From Euprymna scolopes (lineage: Eukaryota), in assembly GCA_053919585.1 (NCBI GenBank), contig CM132799.1: a stretch of DNA of 64,000 bases, one strand, 5' to 3'. The translations under genes were made by a program, and so were the position numbers. This document shows positions 1-14,236 of this stretch, piece by piece (position 1 is the first letter of the stretch; the number at the start of each line of letters is the position of its first letter). Below the pieces are notes generated by a model, which was not told the origin of the DNA, did not search any database, and was given only the letters and a program-made list of their open reading frames with translations.

Positions 1-590
1 GTAGCTCATATAAGGTAAATTAGGGTCTTCACTGGAGATATCCCTACCACATGGGAAGCCATCTTTCATGTAGGCACATATTCCATGCCCATAGCGATCT
101 TGGGGATCAGATTTAGATGTTAAGTTTGAGTATCCTTTAATTATGAATTCGTCTAGGGAAGTGGTCTGCCCTATTCCAGTTTTACTTAGAAAGAATATGC
201 CCAGTTTCGACTTACTGTAATTGGGATTCAACTGGAAGGTTGGAACGTAGACCCTTGATGTTGGAGAAGGAGACATGGTAGTAGGGGTCTACGTTGGAGG
301 ATGAAGTTATAGTTTTATTCGTGATTTTTTTTCTGGAGATATTTGATGTTGAGTATTTGGGATTTGTGGAACAGGTCAAAAGACTTGGTTAGACCAGGAC
401 AGAGAGAGAAAGCAGGAGAGAAAAGGATAGGATTTTTTTGTAGCACATGATAAGGTAAAGCAGTAACAATTACCCACTGTATGACATCGAGAGGCCCCAC
501 CAGAAACTACGGCATGGTTCAGAATCAATTCACCAAATGGCAATACAGCAGCCCCAGTACTTTGCACCTGCGGATAGGACAGCCTCCTTA
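1..590 (-). mobile_element. 5' part of a CR1/L2-type LINE (decayed APE endonuclease start plus probable 5' UTR), running off the left edge
   Basis: Manual minus-strand translation gives VSFSNIKGLRSN (about 240-278) and HGICAYMKDGFPCGRDISSEDPNLPYM (about 1-90), resembling the N-terminus of an APE endonuclease; in-frame stops lie between them. Right boundary is approximate. Confidence 0.6.
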
Positions 591-599
591 GTTGTTAAT

Positions 600-1110
600 C
601 CAAGGTTCGGGCCCCTGACTAGTAATTCCTTCTTAGTTCTCTTATATTTTGTACCGTCGGAGTTTTCAACAATTTGCAATCCATCATTTCTACAGAGTCC
701 TATATTTTTGCTATCTATTATATTTATTAGGTTCGAGAATAAAAATACGAACCAGGCCAATTGCTTCTGCTGTGTCTAAAGGCCTATTGAGAGGTCAAAA
801 TATCTTGCTCGTCTTTTTTAGTCCATTGTTGGTTTTAAGAAAGACAGTTTTGTACACTTTTTAATAATTTCAATCTCATCTGTGTGGATATAAAAAAGAG
901 GGATGCAAGTTCTAAAGTTACAGAAAAAGTGTTTTGCTATGAAGGGATAGTATCTCTCAATATCGAACTGGATAAAAGCAGCTTTCTTTTTATTAGGGAT
1001 GCTATTGAACCATTTCATTAGTGTGACCCCGTTAGTTTAAGTAGTAGGCATATTTCATTTGTAGGTTTATTCTTTCGAGGATGTTTTAATAATTCTACCG
1101 ATTTTGAAGC
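600..1110 (-). mobile_element. Penelope-like element reverse transcriptase fragment (pseudogene)
   Basis: ORF 818..1018 has FIQFDIERYYPFI (PLE RT motif FDIxxFYPSI); ORF 530..760 has NIGLCRNDGL (degenerate GLYRDDGL). Confidence 0.7.
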
Positions 1111-1278
1111 AGATAGTTAATTTTCTGCCCNNNNNNNNNNNNNNNNNNNNNNNNNNNNNNNNNNNNNNNNNNNNNNNNNNNNNNNNNNNNNNNNNNNNNN
1201 NNNNNNNNNNNNNNNNNNNNNNNNNNNNNNNNNNNNNNNNNNNNNNNNNNNNNNNNNNNNNNNNNNNNNNNNNNNNNN

Positions 1279-1655
1279 TCTCAACCTATATACCCAAGGA
1301 ATCATGTATCTACAGACTAGAAATTTGGTATATTGGATATTCAGCGATGTGGAGAACTTTTAAATCCATTTTCACATAAGAGTTCAAAATTTAAAAAAAT
1401 GAGTACTTGAGGGATCATCGAATTTTTATCTGTTTGTCAATTCTTTCGCGAGATTTGAAAATACTTTTTTAAAATTGTGGCAAGCTGGTGTGATGGTTAT
1501 CAAACTTGACTTACTATCTTAAGGTTTTGCTTGTAAATAAACAAGACGTAAATTGTTTCGAAAAAACATTATACTCGCATGCACATGATTTTTACTTCAT
1601 TTTTTAACAGAAATCTAACGTTTCATTTAATACCGGCAACGCTGAAAACATCTAG
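1279..1655 (+). mobile_element. Possible non-autonomous Helitron remnant (3' end)
   Basis: Ends in ccggcaacgctg...tctagt, like the hairpin plus CTAG ends of other Helitron copies in the window; abuts a gap on the left and (TA)n at 1675-1740 on the right. Confidence 0.35.
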
Positions 1656-1672
1656 TATAAATACACACACAC

Positions 1673-1741
<69 letters not shown>

Positions 1742-3639
1742 ATCTCAGCCAGGCCGGCCATTACTTTCTGAGAAATAGTGGAACAGACAGACTGACAAAG
1801 AGAAGTATAACATAGATTACAAATAGCTAAATAGAAGCGAAACCAACAAAGTATTTTTTCGTTTTACCGATTTATAAAAAATTATATAAATTCGATTATT
1901 AAAGACCATTCTCTCATGCATTACTTTTTAAGCACCAAGATGATTTTACTTATCGTATGTTAGTTGCTTAATTAAAGAGCCATGATAAACAAGGTAGGTT
2001 ATTTTCTTCCTGGACATGCCATTTCTGGTGATTGAATCACAAATTCACACATGCACCTTGTGCCTAACTTTGTCTCCGTAGGAAGTCACGTAAAATAAAA
2101 GTCATAGACACAACGCCTAGGACTAACATATATAGAAACTAAATATTTTAAAGTGAGATTCTTCATATTTTGAAGCATATGTAAAATAGACTTGCTTCGT
2201 CCTAAATGTGCATATCAGTATTTGCTTGATTGATTCCTGCATCAATATAAGGTTGCTATAATTACCAACAAATTATATTATTGCTCTAATCTTTATATGG
2301 AAATCTTTCTAGACAAGTGTTGCAATCAAATGGGCTGGTAAACAGAAAAAACAAAATAAACCAAATACAATAAGAAAAAGTTAAAGGAGAATTCATCTCT
2401 GTCAACTTTCTCTCTCAACTTCCAGCACGTGTTCTCCCAAAAGCCTCTGCCAACAGGCATTTTATTAGAAAACTGACCCCATACCATTTGCATACGTATG
2501 CAGTGGAAGATGAGATCTCGTGAGATTCAACGAGACTACACCTTATAAATCCATGACTGCCATCTATAATTTCTTTTTCTCTCATATCCCATCCGAAGGT
2601 AAGTGTATAACCGCACAATACACACACACGGGCGAGTTCTTCTTTGATTATTACATTCAACTCTACAGGTGTGAAGCCGCTCTGTATGTAGGAAGTGAAC
2701 AAAACTAATAGGTGATTATCGCAATGTCAGCAGATGTCTATTAGCGTTCGTATTTCAAAGAGGAACGCTATAAGTAGGAGGAAAACTGTCAGCAGGAAGA
2801 GGTGTCCTTAAACTTGTAGTTTTTGAAAGAAGTTACTGAAATTACTGGATCGTGAACAGCGAATGTATTGTGAACAAGTAGACCAATGAATCGAAAGATA
2901 CAGTGGAAGCAAGGAATCAATCAAACAATTCTGAAGAGTACATGCTATAAACGTATTTTTTAACAAGACTGAGATTAACAGCATCGTGTTTGAGAGATGT
3001 CAATTTAATTACAGATACGTTTCTGTATAATGGGAGAGAGATTAACCACCCTAACATAAAAAATACATCTGATAATAGATTCTATGTAGAAATCGAGAAT
3101 GATGTTCGGAAAAAGAACATGCTTACGACTCTAAAAAGCCAACAATCTCTCTGACCGATAGTATAGATTTACGAAGGCATTTTACAACGCCTGTAATGAA
3201 TGGCTGGTAATGAATATTCACTCATACGGTATCAGCGAATATAATTAGACCATTCCTAGACAAGAGGAAAACTCAGGTTAGATTTGATGGATATATTTCG
3301 AAACAGCATAATATTAACACCGTAATCGATTCTCGAACTCTTCGTCCTTGATATTCATAAATGACCTCTCTGATAAGATTGTATCTGAGATGGGTACATT
3401 TACTGATGATACAACGCTCTAAAATAAGCAGGAGAGAAAAATAGATGTACACATAACTGAGGCAAAAGTAGAATATTTGGGAGACAACTTGCAGTCTGTA
3501 GTGCAATTGCGACGTAAATGGATGGTGGCATTTTATGCTACTACGAATAAGCTTCTTTCTTTTTTACAAACAAAAGAAGCCTTTTAAACCACTAATTGCC
3601 GTGACCAATAACACAATACTTGAGATCACTTTTTTAAAA

Positions 3640-4220
3640 CTCATCGGCTTATCATTCACAAGCAACATGAATTAGACCAAATGCATTGACGACATTGCCA
3701 AGGCTACTGAAAAGAAGGTGGGCTTCCTCTGCCGTGCTAAACCATACTCACATCAAAGAGAATCATATACATCTATAAAACTACCAATTGATCATGCATC
3801 AGTCGTGTTGTCACATCTGAGTTGTGGCATCTATCAGTAGTCTCCTCCTACTGAACAGGTCCAAAAAAGGGCACTGTAAACTAAACATCCCATTGCCGTA
3901 TTTCAATGAATGTGCACGCTATGGCGTATATAATCTCGCGACACCCGTTTAGTAAAAATATCAGTCACCTTCACTGTAGATAACCCTAGATGCTTCTAGC
4001 CTTAAAAAAATAACTCCCGATTTCTTGCTTCCTGGTTGCACTGACATGCAGAATTTTAAATATAATGTAAACTGACATCGCGCTCATCTCATAAACATGA
4101 TCCTAAATTGTAATCACTTAAGTCGAAGTGACAATATACTACTTTACCCTCATTAACCTTTATTCTCGATTGGCCTCCGGATCTTTATAAATGGCGGATG
4201 CCATATAAAAAAAAAAAACT
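3640..4220 (+). mobile_element. Highly decayed 3' part of a CR1/L2-type LINE
   Basis: Residual similarity to better copies (aaggtgggcttcctctgccgtgct, tgttgtcacatctga, aacaggtccaaaaaaggg), then taacccttatt...tggc and an A-tail at 4207-4218. Confidence 0.5.
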
Positions 4221-4441
4221 AGCGTATGGGTGCCCGGCGTTTCCCGTTTTCTAAATTCAAAACTCTCCCCCCAAATAAATGAAAACAACTTTTCTTTCTA
4301 ATCAAAATAAACCGCGAGTGCTAGGCTCGAATGTGAAACGCGGAAAAGGGGAAAAAGGCAAGAACTTACAGCCAAACTTTTCACACAGACAGTCGTTCAT
4401 ATGACGTCATAGCGTTGCAAGTTACGCATTTTATATATAGT
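4219..4441 (-). mobile_element. Short non-autonomous Helitron-like element
   Basis: Left end actag...tgcccggcgtttcccg is CTAG plus hairpin on the minus strand; right end ttttatatatag matches the ends of the 34581-36719 copies. Confidence 0.5.
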
Positions 4442-4677
4442 TTTAGTTTATTACGCATGCGTGACTTCCCGCTCGGTAGCAGTGACTGTGTTATTTTACA
4501 GTCCGTACTGGAAAAAAGCAGAACATTTTAAACTGTAATAAGTGTTTTTATGTTTTAAAAATAATTACTTATGACTTATTGTGGTACTAAAAGAAAAAAC
4601 TTAAGCACTTACGATGTAAAAATAAATGCAAAAGAAGAAAAACGTTTTTTTTTTAATTTAACTGCCGATAAAAATGC

Positions 4678-4825
4678 AAAATAAATAATACAAAATAAAA
4701 AATACAAAATAAATAATACAAAATAAATAATACAAAATAATAATACAAAATAATAATACAAAATAAATAATACAAAATAAATAATACAAAATAAATAATA
4801 CAAAATGAATAATACAAAATACAAA
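4678..4825. repeat. 14-bp A-rich minisatellite (aaataatacaaaat)n
   Basis: About 10 direct tandem copies with small indels. Confidence 0.85.
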
Positions 4826-5083
4826 ACCAAACCTATTTTCAAATTCTTTAAATCCTGTTTAAATGCAAAAGACGAAACTTAATAAATTTAAATGAAAGTT
4901 TTTGATTTGTTTGTTTTAATTAAATAATAGTAATTAGATTGCAATTTTTGCTTCTTTTATATAAAATTTAACCCTTAGTTGAGTTAAACCTCTTATAAAA
5001 AATCGAAATAAGGACTTTTTTGTGTGTTTTAATATAATTAGCCTCTGAGATTATAAAACAACCTGGTTAAGTGGAAAGAAAAT

Positions 5084-5158
5084 GACCTCCGGTAGGTGTA
5101 ATCGAACCTCTAATGTAATTCTTAGGAGACAACCTCCTTATCCAGTCGACCATGAAGC
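5084..5158 (-). pseudogene. Degenerate tRNA-Arg(CCT)-like sequence (pseudogene or SINE head)
   Basis: Minus strand reads ...tggtcgactggataagg...ctcctaag...ggttcga...: A-box-like, CCT anticodon loop and B-box-like segments in order; stems are decayed. Confidence 0.45.
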
Positions 5159-6599
5159 TGATTCCGAAATCATGTTGTAAATTCTTTTATTTACACAAAT
5201 TCCAAGAACCGTGTTTGACGCATGCACCGTTGTTGAAATCATTTAGAAGAGACGTTTCTAACTGACCTCCGATTCATTTAAACTTAATTTCTATATAAAA
5301 TAAATTGACATTTTTTCCAATTTTTACATATTATGCATTCAAGGCTTTGCTCTCTCAGATCCCGGTCGGATGCGGATGACACGCAGACATAAAACACGCA
5401 GAAGATCTCCATTTATATACTTGATAGCTGTATCTATAAATACTTTTTAAATGTATTAAAAACCCGTTTAAGTTTTAAAAATATCGATTGGTCATTTGGC
5501 ACTAGCAATTCCCCAATTTGTTTCATCCTTCATTTTGAGATATTTATAACTATTGTAAATAAAAAGATAAAATCAAATGTATTTAATATTAATTTTCACC
5601 AATTAATATGTTCAAATCATGTCTTTAAGAGCGTTGTTGCTATATCAATGTATAATATATGCGACATTACTAGTTTTAGTAAATAGTCATCGGATGTCGG
5701 TTTATTATTTATTAGCAAGTGAGTCATTTTCGATTTTTATAATGAATGATTGACTGTAGTTTATAAATGTTTTCAATATTGAAATACACGATATACATTT
5801 GTCATTTGTATACCAACTGTATACGAGGAGCGTTCAGAAAGTAATTTCTTAATCCGCCCAAATGAATCGAATGATGAAATATTGCATTGTTATGATGACT
5901 GAACTTATGCATTAATGAACTGAAATGGTCTTATTTATGTTGCATTTACAAACAGTGTAAGACACTACAAAAGAAATCTATGTAATTGACGTGCGTCAGA
6001 AGCAGAGATACGCCATTTATTCCTGCTTAAGAGTGCAGTGAAAATGGTGGTAACTATGCAAGAAAAAATCCGTGCCATAAACGTTCGCTTTTTTTAATAG
6101 TATAACAACCGTTTTCGTAGCTCATCGATTTCTTGAGTTAAAAATACGAAGTTTTACTTATTGACCGACCTTACAAATGACCAATATTGATGTCTACTAA
6201 ACATATGTTTTTTACGATAGCTTTTATGGCTATAAAATTTGTGTCCCCGACAAGTTCTTTATGTATATTTTTAGATTCGATTGCTTCATTCGAAGTATTT
6301 TGTTTGCACGCGATAGAGAATGCTAGCCAAAAACATTAATAGTTTTACATCCCGCGTCGAAATGTCTGATTGCTTTGTGAGATGCGCAAACGAAAATAGA
6401 AGAGGCTTAAAGGTAACCGTCTGGCAAAATAAACATGATGGACATGACCTTATACGTTGTTTGTGTAAAGAAAAGATAAAGAATCGTGTGGACCTTCTTT
6501 TACACAACTGAATACGTAAAACGTAATTAATAAAATGAAGTCAATCAGTTGACTATAGAACAATGAACAAAAGCGCCACATATAATTCTAATACTATCA

Positions 6600-7660
6600 C
6601 ACTTCAGACCATTAAATGATGTTTCCATGTAGTTGTTTTATTTGACTTGAGAATATTCCACAACAATTACAACTTACCTGAAACATGCGAAATAAATGAT
6701 GCCTGCATTACTAAGCTGAATTACTACAACATAATACATACCATGCTTGATGAAGCAATAATTATAATTATTCAATTATAATTGCCAATTATCTCCTTAT
6801 AATTACTTCATTATATCATATAACAATTACCTCAATAGCATTACAACATTTCATTTGTCTACATAACTTACTTCATTGCAATTACTTTTCGACAATTCCA
6901 CACATTAAAGTTACGTCAGTACAATTACCGCAAAACAATTTTCTAAGTGCAATTACCTCACTATAATGAAATCACAACAGACACATAATATAACAATTAT
7001 ATCACTACTTTTATCACATCATAATTACCTAACTACAATTATATTATAACTGTCACAATAATGAAATCACAACAGACACATAATATAACAACTATATCAC
7101 TACTTTTACCACATCATAATTACCTAATTACAATTATATTACAACTGGCACAACACGTTTACCATTTGAAAATTGTCTCATAGCAATAACCTTATTATAA
7201 CTATCTAATAATAATTATCACATTACAATGACTTCACTAGAATTACTGCATCACAATTTCGTAAATACAATTTTAACATTACAACTTTTGTCGCTACAAT
7301 TGCTTCATCACATACTCCTATATTTAATTACCGTACAACAATTACTTACCCTCAATTACCACATTACACTTTTCACATTATAGCTATTTCATTTAAAGTC
7401 CACATTAAATTATCCTACCACAATTTTCACATTAAAATTACTTCACTGGATCCACCTCACCACATTATCATGTTATACATATTTCACAACAATTAGCTCA
7501 TTATAACTATCTCACACCACATACCAATTACCTTAATACAATTAGCTCATTATAACTATCTCACACCACATAACAATTACCTTAATACAATAACCTTACT
7601 ACTATCTCAAAATTATAATTACCTCACTAAAATATCATCAATATAATTGTGTACAAAAAC
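6600..7660. repeat. Strand-biased low-complexity region built from degenerate caattac/cattac motifs, with internal duplications
   Basis: G-poor plus strand; near-exact duplications ataatgaaatcac...caattatatt (about 6963 and 7058) and acaattagctcattataactatctcacaccacata (about 7489 and 7538). Confidence 0.7.
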
Positions 7661-9493
7661 ACCTTGCGACATAGTCTACCCAACCTGAATCCTTAACAAT
7701 AATAGTAGTAATATTTAGTTTAAAGAAACTTACTCATATCGGTTCTTTATTTGGCCAATCAATTTGTTGTCCTGACTTCCTTACCTCTCTCACACCTCTC
7801 ATCATCTCTCACAGACTCCCTGTCTTTCTGGAATTCCTTATGCTATTCGAAAAATAATGATTGATTTTTGCAAGATGGTCCGAAAGCAGTCTGTTACATT
7901 CCATACGTTGCTTTGGCATTTTCCCAAATTTAAAATAGAATATTATTACATATCGTTCTTCTAAAGTGTCCTCCCGTTCAGATTGCATCTATGAAATTCA
8001 CCAGCTATGACTATCAGGCTTTAATGGCTTGTATTCTAAGTCCTGCTGTAGCTATTCTTAATAGCTTGAAATAATAAAAATTGGTTAATCATCCCATAAG
8101 ATGTATAACAATAACATACTGAATTTTCAAGAGTCTACAACAATTTTAAATGCATGTACCAAAAGTCTGGCAAATAATTGAAGGCATCTTATATCTCCGG
8201 TTGCTAATTGTTGACGAAATCTTACTAAAAAAAGTCACACGTGTTCATTAGCTGAATAAAAATATAATGCACTTGACTAGTATGATTGAAAAATATTACT
8301 AAAGTACGGGTTTTCTGTGGTAAGATGAGTCAGGCGTAAATATAATGGGGAGGCAAAATGATTTTCATCAAATAAAAAGGTTTTATTCATTATAAACATA
8401 TTTTGTTTTTCATTTCAAAAAGAAACATTTAAATGATCCTTCAGTTTGAAAGATTGCTTCAATATAAATATTTTGATTGATAAAATTAACTAATATGTAT
8501 TAAATTTCTCTTAGTTGGCGTGTTTGTTGGTTTGTCCGCTCAAGTGTTTAACGGAAACTGCTAGGGGATCTGGCTGAAGTGCTGTATGAACCTTTGCTAT
8601 AACAAGGTACAGCAAGTTAGATATAATGTTATCCGCTCGATACAGAGTTAGGGATTGATATGGATTATCAGGCTAATTATTTATCGTAATAAGTGGGTAA
8701 AAATTTAACAATATGCAACCAGCAATTTGGGTTAAACAACACAGCTCCATTAAACAGTATCTAACCATTGTCCGTATCAACTGACCATAAGTCTAGTTTA
8801 TATTTAATTGATTTAATAGATTATTTTAACATAAAAGATGTTTTTCTGTCTAGTGTTACATATTGCGATCAGGGAAACGAACAAAAATGAGCTGCGGTTT
8901 ATTACAAATCAAATGTTATCTAATGTTTTATTTCAATGAAGAAGAATGTTACAAAATAAAATAATGCAAGTAAACATAATGAACAATAGGAATTTTAGAA
9001 ATACAGTTAACCAAAAACAAAAAAAAACTGACTGGTTGCGTGACACCAGATAACTTACTAAGAAAACGAATTATCATATACTCACAGTATAGATTAGTAG
9101 AGAAGGTTTGCAGTTAGAGTTTGTCAGTCAGTCGGCTCGGAAGAGATTTTAATCTCAGAGACGGTGAATCACTTGACAGAACCAATAAGAGAAAAAGAAG
9201 GGATTAAAGTAAAATGCGTGCAACTCCGAGGGAAGTCACAAACATGGAATATAATCATATGAGTTTCTTCAGGGGAAAACACTTTCAATTACAGGACAGC
9301 GCGTAAGAGAACCATTAAAGAGAGCATGTTTCCCTTAGTTTAGTGCCAAGCAGACAAAGATGTTTTTGGCTTGTTGTAAAAAAAAAACTGTATACAAAAT
9401 GTTATGTGTTCTGTTTGATTAACTGTGTTAATATTTGTGTAAACCCGTACACGTTCCCTCAAGTAACATTATATGTATTTCTCTTTGAGTTGG

Positions 9494-9556
<63 letters not shown>

Positions 9557-9642
9557 CTGTGTGCATGTGTGTGGATGTATATATATATATAGATATACAT
9601 TTACACATACACACATATATATATGTGTGCGTGTGTGTGTGA

Positions 9643-9681
<39 letters not shown>
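9494..9681. repeat. Compound (TA)n/(TG)n microsatellite
   Basis: Seen directly. Other (TA)n tracts occur at 1675-1740, 34504-34580, 49598-49643, 52200-52240, 52413-52472, 53053-53122 and 55882-55939. Confidence 0.95.
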
Positions 9682-9685
<4 letters not shown>

Positions 9686-10926
9686 GTTATAAAATATATA
9701 TGGCAATTAAGCTACACAGAATGTTTCGCGTTTCATCGTAGATACCGAGAGTAAAGAAGGCCGATGCGCATGACAGCGTGACGTCATTATCAGATCCAAT
9801 TATAGGTATATGGTCTAGGCTATTAACAGCAGTTTTGNNNNNNNNNNNNNNNNNNNNNNNNNNNNNNNNNNNNNNNNNNNNNNNNNNNNNNNNNNNNNNN
9901 NNNNNNNNNNNNNNNNNNNNNNNNNNNNNNNNNNNNNNNNNNNNNNNNNNNNNNNNNNNNNNNNNNNGGTTAAATAAACAGCAGCTATACAAACTGACAC
10001 GCATGTGCATCACAAAGTGGTTAGACGATACGGCCTGGATACGCAAACATGCATCACAGTTTTTGTAGCTCATCCACTTCTAAGGTTAAAATAAGTAGGG
10101 AGTTGAGCAACCATATGTTTCTTCGCGTTACATTTAAATTTCTGCAATTTAGAATAGTCAAAAGAGCTGGCAGGGAAATAAAAAAGTTTCGCAGATTGTG
10201 TGAATGACCTATTAAAGTGAAAACCTACTGGAAAGAAATTAAATAACTATAGCTTACAAATGTAGATGTTTTATTTTCAAAATGTGTCACTCGCCCTTCC
10301 ATATTTTTCGTTCAAACAAAATATAAGTTTCGACGTTTCTCTTTATACGTCAAATATTTCACGTGCATTCAAGCATGATTTGATAAATTACAGTGTTTGC
10401 ATATTAAAAACGGACCGAGTGCTATATGCCAAATTAGTATTAGAATATGTTCAATTTATATTAATTTTTCATTGAAAGTAATCACTTTTGATCCGTACTT
10501 ATCCATAACCGTGCATCGAACGGATGCAATATCACTTAATTCGTTCCACTTAATAAAAATAAAGATGCATAGAAAATTTCAGCGAGATCGCACCAGTAGT
10601 TTTCGATAAATTCTCCAGAGTAAAATTGGTATAATACTTGCTAATTCCTTTTCATCCTTTATCATTACTACGCATCGAATGGATACAATAGATGTTAGTT
10701 TGCTGCAACTTATTATAACAAAGTTTATACCACATATCAGCAAGATCAAACAAATAGTTTTCGTAAAAAATGTGTAACGGACATAGTCAGACAGACTAAG
10801 AAAAATATAACATAGATTTCTTTGATTTTATGTGATGTTGACTATTCATATATATAATATGCATACAATCTCAGTTATGACAATTGTATTCATGTTTGAA
10901 TTACATTTCTGTATATATTATAGATA

Positions 10927-11006
10927 TTAAGTTGGTGCAAAAATAATGACGGTTTTTGATGTGAAGTTGAACGTCAAACAACAACATTGGTTTTGCACCA
11001 ATCTAA
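10927..11006. mobile_element. 80-bp mariner-derived MITE (MADE1-like), flanked by TA
   Basis: ta|ttaagttggtgcaaaa...ttttgcaccaatctaa|ta: imperfect palindrome with Hsmar1/cecropia-type terminal repeats and a TA duplication. Confidence 0.75.
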
Positions 11007-11579
11007 TAGTCTCACGTTGTAGCGATTGTCGTATTGGTCTTCCTTTCAATTTCATATTAAATTATGAGTTGTAATTTCTCGATTTTCCATAAAGAAGTTG
11101 AAATACAAACAGTTATGGCATACTTTACTAATACGTTCACACTGATGCATTTAATGGATTAACTGTGTGAATTAAAATAGTAATTGCAAATAAAACACAT
11201 CAATCATATTGACATGCTATTAAGAACGGCAAACTGAACTGCAATAAAAATGTAGTTGCTTTAATTAATTAAACGTTTACAAGCGTTGATCACGTCCTGA
11301 GATGAGGAGACATTAATAAAGAATGGCGAATAACCCCTGAAGATATTTAGTGCCAAGTCGTATGCCTGTCAGTTTTGGATGATTGATATTTTAGTCATTT
11401 TTAGAACTAGTTTTACATTTGTCAAATGAGTATAAAGTTATTGTTTATTACATTTAATTTCTATTTTTACAACTATTAATTTATGAACATCGAACAGTTT
11501 AGAAACGCTAAAATTTGCTTAAATATTGGTTGCAAATCGGTAATCTCTTCCTCCACGCCCCAGAACTATCCGACTACAA

Positions 11580-13690
11580 ATGTAAGAAAGAAATAAAACT
11601 GTCCAACTGCTAATATCACTTCATATATACACATGACACAGCTGGTAAATTTGCATTAAGAACTTGTGACAGAGTCCATAATTCGCACTGTCTAAAAACA
11701 TGCTCGCGCTTCTAGCCTTGACTTCTGGCCAGTTCAGAATCCTTTGCTTCTTTTTTTCATCAATTTTTTTTTAATTCTGTTGTTCACTTCCGTTACATTC
11801 TACCGTGATCTGATGATGACATAGATGACAGCTAGGAGCTGGTCTCCTTCGTCTAGCACTCCTCCGAAGTAAAGGTGCTTTCTCCTCGGATGACTCGTCT
11901 GGAGCAGTATCAATTGGCACAGATGCGTAATCTACTTTAGAGGAATCAACAAGTGCCTCATTGATTGTTATCAACTTCACACTCTAAGTTGAGGACTCAT
12001 TATCACTTTCGCCGCACATAGTATCCAAGCACATGACGGGAGGAATGTTCCCTACATGTCGGGCATCCCGTCGACAAAACCGTTATTTGTGCTTTTTGTC
12101 CTGTGACGCGTCCGAGCGTATAAGTGGTATAGCACCGCTCAATACATGTCTTCATTCACATATGATCGCTCACCTTGTGTCTATTCTGCTGCTGCTGTTT
12201 AGGCTTGTCTAGAGATAGTGCGTTAATACCCTGGGGCATTCAGTGGCGACACATCGTTCTTAAGGATAACATTGTACAAAGAGACTGCATCTGCTATGGA
12301 ACAGTATGTCTTTGCCGCAATCCGCTTCACACTCCGATGAAGACGGCCCACAAGGTCATAGCCGGAGGGGACGTACGCACAAGGAAAGTGCAATCGGACT
12401 CCCTATTCACCCAGAAAGTTCTCAAATATCCTACTGCGGAATGCTGCATCATTGTAAATCAGTATTTCTGTCGGCGTTCCACGCTGGCAAAACAGGACTT
12501 TTAAGTGGCTGATGATGCTTCCCGCATTCTTTCGTCTCAAATAACGCCAGATTCAGAAAGCGTGAGTCCGCAATCAATGAGTGACAGATAGAGTTTGCCT
12601 TGGTAATGAGTGACATCCATCACCACTTGAAACCAGTTTCGCTAACGTCCGATCTCCTTTCAGACAACGTGAGAATCGATCGGAATTTTTCGCAATTTCT
12701 TACTACAACCACAACCAACGCCTTAGCTATCGTGGGATCCACGTATTTAACAAAGTAGAACGTCTGCCTTGCGTTGGAGTGGCTACTTTGGTGATGGACA
12801 GACCTCATCCTGTCAAGGTCGTACTTTCTTAAAGACACAGCACCCGCACAGTTCAGAGATTCAACTTCTTTTTTCTAACAGAATCAAGCTATCGTTGTGG
12901 TAATCTCGTTAAAGCGTCCGCTCGATTACGTTCTGAGCTCACTAGGACAGTTGATATTTATTTAACAGACTTAAAAGTGCAACAATCGCCACTTGATTAG
13001 TATTTCACTTGCCGTTTAGGTGCGCACCTTAGTATTCTGTGTCCGTGATTTATATGTGCACGCAGGCAGAGTCAGTGTAAAGATACAGCATAGCTGCTTC
13101 CCACATCAATGCAATGTTCATTTCTTTTATCGCAACGATGAAATTCGCCGGATTTATATGCTGCATATCTTCTTCCTTTAGTTTCCAGTTTGCATCCTCC
13201 ACGGTGTCTCCATCGTGTTCCAACGATACTCCAGTTACTAAGCTTATATCAAGCCGCATAATCAGAACCATCCCCGCGTCATTTTTATTTTCGCACGGGG
13301 TCTTCTTGGTGCACTTTTGAAGCAATATATAAAATTATTTTCTTTGAAAGACCCCCAGTTTACCATCCAACCCTTTTGTCACATCCACTACTCTCCTTTT
13401 AATAAGCGCTATAGATACCCTAAGCCACAGCCACTGGGAAGTGTCGAACCAAATTCAGACAAAATGAAAATACATTTCCTTGAGTTAAAACACAGGGTAC
13501 GCCGGGAATCTGATTCCATCGATCCCATATCAGACTGCTTCCCTCTGTCTATTTTTAATCAAATCGATTCATTTCCTGCTCTAGATGGGACCCACCGTGG
13601 TGCACCAGGAGGAAAATTAACATGCCTTCCCGTATTGACAGTTTACAATAATAGTAGTTTATATTGCACTGTAAAGAATCTCATGGTAGT
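11580..13690 (-). mobile_element. Decayed Ty3/Gypsy LTR retrotransposon pol region (RT end, RNase H, integrase)
   Basis: ORF 13050..13325 has RNase H-like GVSLEHDGDTVEDANW...QHIN...LYLYTDS; ORF 12620..12838 has an integrase zinc-finger-like HHQSSH...VRNCEK; downstream MDVTHY...LIDCG and DNDAAF match the integrase core. The order RT-RH-IN is Gypsy-type. Confidence 0.75.
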
Positions 13691-14236
13691 AATATAAAAT
13701 GTTTATATAATGTCTTAAATTAAAGTTTAAAATGCAAAAGTCAAATATCATGCTTCAATTGTGCTCTAAACAGAAATATTAATTTCGAACGCACCCCTGT
13801 CCTATAAAAGATCCTACTGTCGATTTTATATACCGGGCTTTGTACTAATGCGGTGATAAAATTTCTTAAATGCACTTGTGAGGTTAGGCTTTAGAAGGCA
13901 ATAACTGTAGTCAAAATCGCATGTTCATTTTTTTCATCGACAATTTTTCGATTATTGATTATCGATACTTATTTAAGGTATTCCGATACAAAACCTATCT
14001 AAGAACCTTGCCAGGTACATGAACGAGTTTGTGTTAAATTTAAAAATAAATCTTCCCGGCCGTTCTGNNNNNNNNNNNNNNNNNNNNNNNNNNNNNNNNN
14101 NNNNNNNNNNNNNNNNNNNNNNNNNNNNNNNNNNNNNNNNNNNNNNNNNNNNNNNNNNNNNNNNNNNNNNNNNNNNNNNNNNNNNNNNNNNNNNNNNNNN
14201 NNNCCACGATCTGTGAACTGCATAAGTACCAAGGTA

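Noticed and set aside
5821-8195. Mariner-like ends at about 5821 (tacgaggagcgttcagaaagt) and about 8160-8195 as one element
   Set aside because: The two ends do not match as terminal inverted repeats and no transposase lies between them; probably unrelated fragments.
11545-11712. Gypsy LTR (tg...ca at about 11581-11700) with adjacent PBS-like sequence
   Set aside because: No second LTR is available for comparison and the PBS/PPT matches are weak.
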